Source: Acidimicrobiia bacterium
GTDB lineage: Bacteria > Actinomycetota > Acidimicrobiia > Spongiisociales > ZC4RG35
NCBI GenBank assembly: GCA_040510135.1
Contig: JBEVJN010000042.1
Coordinates: forward strand, 416 to 64,415
Reading direction: 5' to 3'
DNA length: 64,000 nt
Each line of letters starts with the position of its first letter. Position 1 is the first letter of the stretch. This document shows positions 30,049 through 37,265 of this stretch, in pieces. The translations under genes and the position numbers were made by a program. Below the pieces are notes generated by a model. The model worked only from the letters and a program-made list of their open reading frames with translations, made no database searches and had not been told where the DNA came from.

Positions 30049-30684
30049 TCAACCAGACCCAGCGTCCCGCCCGGTCAGGCCCTCCAGGGCCGCCACCGCC
30101 GCCTGCCATCCGACATCGATGTCCTGCTCCTCGCCACCGAGATATACCCGGCCCATCGAGCCGAAGCTGCGCACCTCGAGGACATTGATCTCCGCTGCTT
30201 TTTCCGCTTCGTTGGCGGCAAGAGAGGCGTAGGCGGCCGGCTCGCACTCGAGGACATAGAGGGTCTGGCCCGGGATGATCATTTGGCCATGCCGGGTCCG
30301 GTTGATGAGCTGGGCGTGGTGGTCGTCCAGTCGTCGGATGATCTGCGACGAGAGAATGCGCGGCTTGATCCGGTCGTCCTCGCGGCTCTCCATCCCCTCG
30401 AGGATGGCCTCACCGGCCGCTCGGGTGTCTGACTGGTCGGGAGAATGCACCTCGAGGACCCCGTAGTAACGCTCGATGATCTGAAGGCCCGGCTTGACCG
30501 AGGTCGCTTTGAGGGCCACGTCGGTAAGTCTGTTGATCTCGATCCCGGGAGCTACTTCGATCCAGAGGGAGGCATCGCCGGCGAGGGGGAGAAAGCCCTG
30601 GGCCACCGTTCCCAGAAACGCAGCGTATTGAGGCTGGAGACTGTCCAGGAACGCAAACGACCTCAGCTCAATACCTTTCGCCAC
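30049..30684 (-). CDS. BMC-T tandem permuted-domain shell protein (CsoS1D/CcmP-like, double-stacking type)
   Basis: [29 protein letters not shown]...[23 protein letters not shown]... and [33 protein letters not shown] 30684 is preceded by GGAGGGAAGG and overlaps the deoC end by 17 nt. Confidence 0.85.
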   Translation of the reverse strand: MAKGIELRSFAFLDSLQPQYAAFLGTVAQGFLPLAGDASLWIEVAPGIEINRLTDVALKATSVKPGLQIIERYYGVLEVHSPDQSDTRAAGEAILEGMESREDDRIKPRILSSQIIRRLDDHHAQLINRTRHGQMIIPGQTLYVLECEPAAYASLAANEAEKAAEINVLEVRSFGSMGRVYLGGEEQDIDVGWQAAVAALEGLTGRDAGSG

Positions 30685-31498
30685 TGCCTCCGTCCTTCCC
30701 TCCGACGATCTCGATCCCGGCCGACGCCCCGATTCTGGTCGCACCGGCAGCGATCATGTCTTCTGCATCCCCGGTGGTGCGGACGCCTCCCGACGCCTTG
30801 ACCCCCATTTCAGGGCCCACGGTCTCTCGCATCAGAGCCACGTCGTACACCGTGGCTCCTCCGGGACCAAACCCTGTCGATGTCTTGACGAAGTCGGCCC
30901 TTGCCTTCTTGGCCAGCGAGGAGGCGATGACCTTTTCCTCGTCGGTAAGCAAAGCTGTCTCCAGTATGACCTTGCAGAGCGCACCCCCGTCGTGGGCGGC
31001 GTCCACCACCTTTTCGATATCGGTCCCCACCAGCTCATAGTCGCCAGACTTGAGGGCGCCGATATTGAGCACCATGTCGACCTCCCGAGCCCCATCACGC
31101 AGCGCCCGACGCGCCTCCATCGCTTTGATCTCCGGCGTACTCGCCCCCAAAGGGAACCCGATCACGGTGCAGACGGGTACCGACGTGCCTCTGAGGTTCT
31201 CGGCGGCGCGTTTCACCCACGTTGGGTTGATGCACACCGAGGCGAAGTGATACTGCTCCGCCTCGCGGCAGAGTTGATCTATCTCTGCTGCTGTTGCCTC
31301 CGGCTTGAGCAGGGTGTGGTCGATGTAGCGGGCCATGTCCAGGGGCACCTCGGCCGCCTCTCCATGGAACGCCACCCGATCGGCCCCATTGGCGACGACC
31401 TCACGGACCTTCTCACCTGTTTCGCAGACGTCGTTGCCGGCGGCAAGTGCGGCCAGCACCTCACGAGTGACTGCCTCGACGAGGGCCTCCCGGTTCAT
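30668..31498 (-). CDS. deoC: Deoxyribose-phosphate aldolase (DERA) with an N-terminal extension of about 50 aa
   Basis: [11 protein letters not shown]...ASVCINP...[10 protein letters not shown]...DMVLNIG...KVILET...FVKTSTGF, including the Schiff-base Lys. The N-terminus is [25 protein letters not shown] overlap with rpiB. The 376-aa ORF version is rejected. Confidence 0.9.
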   Translation of the reverse strand: MNREALVEAVTREVLAALAAGNDVCETGEKVREVVANGADRVAFHGEAAEVPLDMARYIDHTLLKPEATAAEIDQLCREAEQYHFASVCINPTWVKRAAENLRGTSVPVCTVIGFPLGASTPEIKAMEARRALRDGAREVDMVLNIGALKSGDYELVGTDIEKVVDAAHDGGALCKVILETALLTDEEKVIASSLAKKARADFVKTSTGFGPGGATVYDVALMRETVGPEMGVKASGGVRTTGDAEDMIAAGATRIGASAGIEIVGGKDGGSGERY

Positions 31499-32124
31499 CG
31501 GTGATCCTGACTCATCTCGGCTTTGGAGTATTGCCGTTCGATGTCGTCGATCTTGGCAACCCGCCGGGCGTGGCGGTCGCCACCCCATTCGACCGACAGC
31601 CACTCCTCGACGATCTGCCAGGCCAGTGCCTCCCCGATCAATCCCGCCCCGAGTGTCAGCACGTTGGCGTGATTGTGCTCGCGGCTGTTCCGGGCCGTGG
31701 ACAGGTCGTAACAGAGGGCGGCTCGCACTCCCGGCACCTTGTTGGCCACCATCGCCGAGCCGATTCCGGCCCCGTCGACGACGATCCCGTAACTGCAAGC
31801 GCCCGTGGCGACCTCTCGGGCGACGGCGTGGGCGAAATCGGGGTAGTCGACCGCCTCGTGGCTGTCCGTTCCGCAGTCGAACACGTCGTATCCGGCCTCC
31901 CTCAGCCGGAACCCGATCCTCTCCTTGAGGGGGAAGCCACCATGGTCTGCTCCGATCGCGACCTTCGGCTTGACTTCTCGGTGTGGAGCCGCCCCGGCCG
32001 GTGGGCCGGTGGTGATCTCAGAGGCAGCTGGCGAGTCGGAAGCGATGACCCCATCGAGGACACGTTCGACAAGGGACCGAACTTCTTGCTCGGAGGGTGA
32101 CCTGGGCCCGGCGGGTGCTGTCAT
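31495..32124 (-). CDS. rpiB: RpiB/LacAB-family sugar-phosphate isomerase with an N-terminal extension of about 55 aa
   Basis: [15 protein letters not shown]...DYPDFA...[25 protein letters not shown]...[13 protein letters not shown]. The N-terminus [18 protein letters not shown] is followed by a Pro/Ala/Gly linker. SD GAGGAGG. Confidence 0.85.
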   Translation of the reverse strand: MTAPAGPRSPSEQEVRSLVERVLDGVIASDSPAASEITTGPPAGAAPHREVKPKVAIGADHGGFPLKERIGFRLREAGYDVFDCGTDSHEAVDYPDFAHAVAREVATGACSYGIVVDGAGIGSAMVANKVPGVRAALCYDLSTARNSREHNHANVLTLGAGLIGEALAWQIVEEWLSVEWGGDRHARRVAKIDDIERQYSKAEMSQDHR

Positions 32125-32211
32125 CGCGTTGGCTACGGCCTCCTCACGGGACCCATCCTAGGAAGATGGCCTGACGCCAAGGACCGCGCCGTCTGATGTT
32201 CTTATGATGCG

Positions 32212-32868
32212 GTGATGGTCAACCGGGACCCCGCGTTCCTCTGGGAAACCGAAGCGCTCCGCACCTCGGCGACCCAGGCCCCAACCGCGAGCAGGTTCGC
32301 GTCAGGCGACTGGGTGACCCTTCGAGAGGCCAGCGATGCCACCGGTGTTCAGCTCTCGACACTCCGCAACTGGGCCAGGAAGGGCCGGGTGCCAACCGCC
32401 CTCGAGGAGTCGGCCGAGGGCACCCACCGGATGGTCTCGTTGGACGGGGTGAGGGCGCGGGCCCGGCAGCTCGGCCACCCTGTCGTCGAGCCACGGGCGA
32501 CGACTGAGTCGGTTGCCCCGCCGGCGACGACGTCGCATGTCGACGAGGCAGCCACCCCGCCCCCGGGCACGATGCTGGTGCCGATCGACGCCTGGGACAA
32601 GATGCTCTTGCAGCTTGGGAACCTGCACCAGGCAGGCCAGCAATTGGCGGAGGCCAGAGAACGGGCCGCACGCGCCGAAACCGAAGCCACCTTCCTGCGT
32701 GAGCGTCTCGCCGAGCTGAGAGGACCTCCCGGTCCGCCACCGGAGGACGAGGGCCCGCCACTGGAGGAAACGCAGATCACTGCCGATCCCGAACCGGCAA
32801 GGCCGGTCAGAATGCCCAGATTCACCGCTTATTTGTGGCGAATGGCGGTCTCGGGCCGCCGCAAGTAG
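32212..32868 (+). CDS. MerR/excisionase-type HTH protein with a C-terminal coiled coil (candidate regulator, divergent from the BMC operon)
   Basis: WVTLREASDATGVQLSTLRNWARKGRVP is the HTH. The coiled coil is LQLGNLHQAGQQLAEARERAARAETEATFLRERLAEL. The real start may be ATG 32215, on a leaderless mRNA (TATGAT lies 6 nt upstream). Confidence 0.55.
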   Translation: MMVNRDPAFLWETEALRTSATQAPTASRFASGDWVTLREASDATGVQLSTLRNWARKGRVPTALEESAEGTHRMVSLDGVRARARQLGHPVVEPRATTESVAPPATTSHVDEAATPPPGTMLVPIDAWDKMLLQLGNLHQAGQQLAEARERAARAETEATFLRERLAELRGPPGPPPEDEGPPLEETQITADPEPARPVRMPRFTAYLWRMAVSGRRK

Positions 32869-32878
32869 CAGCCGCGAT

Positions 32879-33913
32879 TCAAGCCGGCCCGCTGATCAGC
32901 CGGTAGGTGACGTCCTGATCGAGAGTCAGGTCCATGACGAAGCCGGCCATCTCGCCGGTCTTCTCGTCGGGGATGTTCATGTCCATCGAGACGCTGGAAC
33001 CAGCCGTGGTCTCCGACTGCCGGGCCAAGCCGGCCTCTGCGTCGAACCAGGTCGTGCTGTCGGCGGTGCTGTCGTCGACGGTGATCAGGAACTGGAGCTG
33101 ATCCAGCAGCGCGTCGATTTCGGCGGTTTCCTCGGCCGGGGCCCCCTCCGGGGCCATGCCACCGATCATGCCGGCGAAGAACTCAGCGAGATCGACCTCG
33201 ATCAATGAAGTGGTCGCATTGCTGTCGATGACGAGAACCTCGGCCCCGTCCAACTCCTCGACACCGGTCACCGTGCTGTTGATGCTCGTCACGATCGGGT
33301 CTTCGCCGGGACCGGTGGTCTCGATCTCGTCCGACCAGGAGTCGCCCACCGTCACTTCCTCGTCGGGCAGTGGGGGGCCGACGAACTGGCCAGGATCCAA
33401 TCCGGGAGCCGGGCTGGCACCGCCACCCAGTGCGCCCAGGCCGCCGAGAAGCCCGCTCATCGGATCCTCGATCTCGGTGCCTTCATGGATGATGTTGCCC
33501 TGTTCGTCTACCACGACGGTGACGTCGATCGGCTCCATCGCGGCAAAGTCGGGGATGTCGCTCGAATCGACGGACTCGCCGTCGACAGTCCCAGAGGCGC
33601 TGACATCGGTGAACTCACCGGTGATGTGCACCTCGAACGTCCCCGGTTCAGGCCCGTCGGATATCGCGTGGGTGAAGGTGGCGGTTCCGGCGATGTCGAC
33701 CGAGGCATCGCCCGGGACATCCTCACCCGCCAGCATGGCGGCTTCGCCCGAGGCAGTCATCTCGATGTGCTGGTCGAGCCCGACCTCGTATTGGAACTCG
33801 TCCCCGGAAGTCAGGGTGTAAGAGAGGAGCATGGCATCGGGATTGCTGGATGGCTCGCCGCAGGCTGCGAGGGCGAGCGCGAGCACCGCGACGGGAGCGA
33901 GAAGACGTTTCAT
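32879..33913 (-). CDS. Acidic secreted lipoprotein of unknown function
   Basis: Signal MKRLLAPVAVLALALAAC. The mature part is Asp/Glu/Thr/Gly-rich. No family recognised. Confidence 0.65.
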   Translation of the reverse strand: MKRLLAPVAVLALALAACGEPSSNPDAMLLSYTLTSGDEFQYEVGLDQHIEMTASGEAAMLAGEDVPGDASVDIAGTATFTHAISDGPEPGTFEVHITGEFTDVSASGTVDGESVDSSDIPDFAAMEPIDVTVVVDEQGNIIHEGTEIEDPMSGLLGGLGALGGGASPAPGLDPGQFVGPPLPDEEVTVGDSWSDEIETTGPGEDPIVTSINSTVTGVEELDGAEVLVIDSNATTSLIEVDLAEFFAGMIGGMAPEGAPAEETAEIDALLDQLQFLITVDDSTADSTTWFDAEAGLARQSETTAGSSVSMDMNIPDEKTGEMAGFVMDLTLDQDVTYRLISGPA

Positions 33914-33980
33914 ACCGACACGTTATCGGTGACCGGGGCCTTATCTTTTAGCCCCAAACCGCCTTGTAGCGTCCCGCCTC

Positions 33981-34889
33981 GTGAATCCGTGGACCCCGCT
34001 CGTGGCAGCGATCCTCGGGTGGGGTTCGGCAGCGGTCCTCACCCGTGCTGTCCTCACCAGCGGCGTGTCGCCCTTTGTCGTGGTGCCGATGCGCTTTGGT
34101 GTCGCCCTGGCCGTACTCCTCCTCGTCTCCCTCTTCTGGACCCGCTTCCGTGGGCTCGAGCGACGCCACTGGGCAAGAGGCGTCGTCCTTGGCACGATCG
34201 CCCTGGTCATACCAAACACCCTCTTCACCCTCGGGCTGGTGGAGCTTCCAGTCAACATCGGCGGGCTTCTCATCGCCCTGATCCCGATCGCGACCGTCGG
34301 CGCGGCCCACTTCCTCGTCGAAGGTGAGCTGTTCAATCCACGATCGATTCCCGGTTTGATCACATCCCTGGTCGGGACCGGGATCCTGGTTGGGCTGGGT
34401 GGTGAGGGAATGGAAGGCGTCGGCAATCTTTGGCGAGGTGTCGGCCTCACCTTGATCGGGGTGATCCTCGCCGGAACCGGCGGAGCCCTCACCCGCAGGT
34501 TCGCCCTGGAGGTGGGCGGAGACCGGCTGGTGATACCTCAGTTCGCTACTGCCACGACCCTCGGGGTGCTCGCGACGCCATTCCTCAACACAACTCCGCT
34601 GTCGTCGATCGAGACGCAGCAGTGGGTTTTGCTACTCGCCCTGGGCGTGTTCGCCACGGCGATCCCGTTCACTTCGTTCCTGATCGCCGCCGAGGTGAAT
34701 CCGGCGGCGCGACTCGGCATCGCCGCGTACTTCGTCCCGGTGGTCGCGGTCACTCTGGCGGTCATCTTCCTCGGCGAGAACCTGACCCCAGCCGTGGTCG
34801 TCGGAGCCGTCCTCATCATCAGCGGCGTCATCGTCACCGAGCGCTCCAGCCGTCACGTCCCCGTCCCCGGCGTCGATATCGCCGAGTGA
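33981..34889 (+). CDS. EamA/DMT-family transporter
   Basis: About 10 TM segments in two EamA-like halves. GTG start. Confidence 0.8.
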   Translation: MNPWTPLVAAILGWGSAAVLTRAVLTSGVSPFVVVPMRFGVALAVLLLVSLFWTRFRGLERRHWARGVVLGTIALVIPNTLFTLGLVELPVNIGGLLIALIPIATVGAAHFLVEGELFNPRSIPGLITSLVGTGILVGLGGEGMEGVGNLWRGVGLTLIGVILAGTGGALTRRFALEVGGDRLVIPQFATATTLGVLATPFLNTTPLSSIETQQWVLLLALGVFATAIPFTSFLIAAEVNPAARLGIAAYFVPVVAVTLAVIFLGENLTPAVVVGAVLIISGVIVTERSSRHVPVPGVDIAE

Positions 34890-34918
34890 CACACCGGGGT
34901 CGCGTTTACTCTCCGAGC

Positions 34919-36559
34919 ATGAGTAGGCGGATCTTGGTGGCGGTGGCCTGGCCCTACGCCAGTGGGTCGTTACATCTCGGGCATCTCGGCGGCGCCTACC
35001 TCCCAGCCGACATATTCGCCCGCTACCACCGGATCGCCGGGAACGACGTGCTGATGGTCTCCGGATCCGACGCGCACGGGACCCCGATCACGGTCAAGGC
35101 GGACGAAGAGGGGATCACTCCCCGAGAGGTGGTGGAGCGCTACCACCCCGAGATCCTCGGCTATTGGGAGGCGATCGGGATCTCCTTCGACCTGTTCACG
35201 ACCACGATGACCGATAACCACGCCGCCGTGACCCAGGACATCTTCCTTCGCTTGCTGGAGAAAGGGTATCTGGTCAAAGGGTCGTCCACCCAGTACTTCG
35301 ACCCCGAGGCCGAGCGATTTCTCCCCGACCGTTATGTCGAAGGAACCTGCCCTCATTGCGGTTACTCCCGCGCCCGTGGTGACCAGTGCGAAAACTGCGG
35401 TCGCACTCTCGACGTCACCGACCTGATCGATCCCCGCTCCCGTCTCACCGGGGCCACGCCGGTGCTCAGGGAGACGGAGCACTACTTCTTCAAGCTTCCC
35501 GAGTTCGCCGAACCGCTTCGCGCCTGGCTGGAGTCGAAGACGAGCTGGCGCCGGCATGTGAGGAACTGGGCACTGGGGATGATCGACGAGGGGATGCCGG
35601 AACGGGCGATGACCCGTGACATCGACTGGGGCGTCGAAGTGCCTGTCGACGATCTCGGGCCGGGGAAGCGAATCTATGTGTGGTTCGACGCGGTGATCGG
35701 GTACCTGAGCGCGGCCAAGGAATGGGCGTCGTCGACCGACGATCCCGACGCGTGGAGGACGTGGTGGGAGGACACCGATGCCGAGTCGTACTACTTCGTC
35801 GGCAAGGACAACATCCCGTTCCACACCGTCATCTGGCCGGCGATGTTGATGGGCTACGGCGGGCTCAACCTGCCCACGGATGTCCCGGCTAACCAGTACA
35901 TCACGTTCAAGGGCCAGAAGGCCTCGAAATCCCAGGGGATCGGGCGGTCGATCGGGTGGTACGCACAGCGCCTCGAGCCCGATGCTCTGCGTTATGCCAT
36001 CGCCTCCGTGCTTCCCGAGCAGAACGACACCGACCTCAGCGACGACGACATGATCCGAAGGATCAACGAAGAGCTGGTTGCCACCTGGGGCAACCTGGTC
36101 AATCGGGTTCTTTCGCTGAGCGATCGGAACTTCGAGGGCCGAGTCCCCGACCCGGGACCGCTCACGGCCACCGACGAGGCGCTGGTCGCCTCGATCGACA
36201 AGGCATTGAGCACTGCTGCCGGTCACATCGAGGCAGTCGAGCTACGGGCCGGGCTGCGTGCGGCGATGGACGCTGCCTCGGAGGTCAACGCCTATCTCAA
36301 CTCCGAGGAGCCGTGGCACGTGATGAAGGAGGACCCGAAGCGGGCGGGCACGATTCTGTGGACCGCGATCCAGGCGATTAGCGGGATCCGGGTGGCCCTC
36401 ACCCCCTTCTTGCCGTGGACGTCGGGGCGGTTGGGAGAGATGCTGGGGATCGGCACCGAAGTGACCGGTTGGGAGCGACCCGAGGTGGCCGGGGGCGGCG
36501 ACTTGGGAGTCGTCACGACCCTCTTCACCAAGCTGGATGCCGACGTCTTGGACGACTGA
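34919..36559 (+). CDS. metG: Methionine--tRNA ligase
   Basis: WPYASGSLHLGHLGG (HIGH), zinc knuckle CPHCG...CENCG and the KMSKS-like KASKSQG. Start trimmed to ATG 34919. Confidence 0.95.
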   Translation: MSRRILVAVAWPYASGSLHLGHLGGAYLPADIFARYHRIAGNDVLMVSGSDAHGTPITVKADEEGITPREVVERYHPEILGYWEAIGISFDLFTTTMTDNHAAVTQDIFLRLLEKGYLVKGSSTQYFDPEAERFLPDRYVEGTCPHCGYSRARGDQCENCGRTLDVTDLIDPRSRLTGATPVLRETEHYFFKLPEFAEPLRAWLESKTSWRRHVRNWALGMIDEGMPERAMTRDIDWGVEVPVDDLGPGKRIYVWFDAVIGYLSAAKEWASSTDDPDAWRTWWEDTDAESYYFVGKDNIPFHTVIWPAMLMGYGGLNLPTDVPANQYITFKGQKASKSQGIGRSIGWYAQRLEPDALRYAIASVLPEQNDTDLSDDDMIRRINEELVATWGNLVNRVLSLSDRNFEGRVPDPGPLTATDEALVASIDKALSTAAGHIEAVELRAGLRAAMDAASEVNAYLNSEEPWHVMKEDPKRAGTILWTAIQAISGIRVALTPFLPWTSGRLGEMLGIGTEVTGWERPEVAGGGDLGVVTTLFTKLDADVLDD

Positions 36560-36601
36560 GTCCCCTGAACTCCAACCTGGCAGGGCCGATACACTTCTCA
36601 C

Positions 36602-36817
36602 ATGGAAATGGAACGGGCAGCCCGCATTGCAGGTGGATTCGCCCTGCTCGGCGCCGGCACTGCCATGCTCGTCCTCCCCGGGCCTGGTGTCCTCGCCATC
36701 CTCGGAGGTCTGACCCTTCTGGAGCGTGACATACCCTGGGCCAAGCGCGTGACCGATCGGATCAGGCCGAAGAAGGCCGGCCCACCCGAGCCGGAGCAGG
36801 ATCAACCAGGCGGGTAG
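36602..36817 (+). CDS. PGPGW-motif small membrane protein
   Basis: MLVLPGPGVLAILGG motif in 71 aa. Its 3' end overlaps sodN convergently by 16 nt. Confidence 0.6.
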   Translation: MEMERAARIAGGFALLGAGTAMLVLPGPGVLAILGGLTLLERDIPWAKRVTDRIRPKKAGPPEPEQDQPGG

Positions 36818-37209
36818 ACCCCCGCGGTCTTCGCCTTCTCGGTCTGCCAGAAGACTCCGGCGATCTCGTCGATGAGATCGACCAACTTCTGGCCATCGGC
36901 CGGGTCCACCGACTTCTTGGCATTGCCCGCCTGCAGGATTGCGCGCCAGAAGAGATCATCGAGGTCGGGGAACTCCTTGCGATGGTCCGCGGTGAAGAAG
37001 TCGACCCAGAGCACCATCAGATGATGCTTGACGAGCTCCGCACGCTCCTCCTTGATCGAGATAGCCCTCGAGCGGAACACCTCGTCGTCCGACGCCTGGT
37101 ACTTCTCGGCTGACTTGAGGACCGACATCGCCTCGATCTTGGCTTGCGCCGGGTCGTACACCCCGCAGAAGAGATCGCAGTGGGCGTGAGCAATCGTTGT
37201 CTGCCGCAT
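36802..37209 (-). CDS. sodN: Nickel superoxide dismutase precursor
   Basis: Pro-peptide MRQTTIAHA followed by the Ni-hook HCDLFCGVYDPA, then a four-helix-bundle sequence. Confidence 0.92.
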   Translation of the reverse strand: MRQTTIAHAHCDLFCGVYDPAQAKIEAMSVLKSAEKYQASDDEVFRSRAISIKEERAELVKHHLMVLWVDFFTADHRKEFPDLDDLFWRAILQAGNAKKSVDPADGQKLVDLIDEIAGVFWQTEKAKTAGVYPPG

Positions 37210-37265
37210 GGCACTCCTTCGTTGTCGAGTTGCTCAGCCGACCATACCCTGCGTGGTCGATTCTC

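Noticed and set aside
30668-31798. Long N-terminal extensions in the ORF-track versions of deoC (376 aa), metG (709 aa), glpK (586 aa), the GS-like gene (497 aa), the Mo-oxidoreductase (782 aa) and others
   Set aside because: The extra segments overlap the preceding gene, are Arg/Gly/Pro-rich, and precede an internal ATG or GTG with a proper SD or a 4-nt stop-start overlap. The conserved protein family begins at that internal start.
32219-32761. 180-aa minus-strand ORF (and other frames) overlapping the HTH gene next to the BMC operon
   Set aside because: The translation is Arg/Pro/Gly-rich and lacks motifs. The plus-strand frame has a recognisable HTH, a coiled coil and a sensible start context, so it is preferred. 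Confidence in that gene is nevertheless only moderate.
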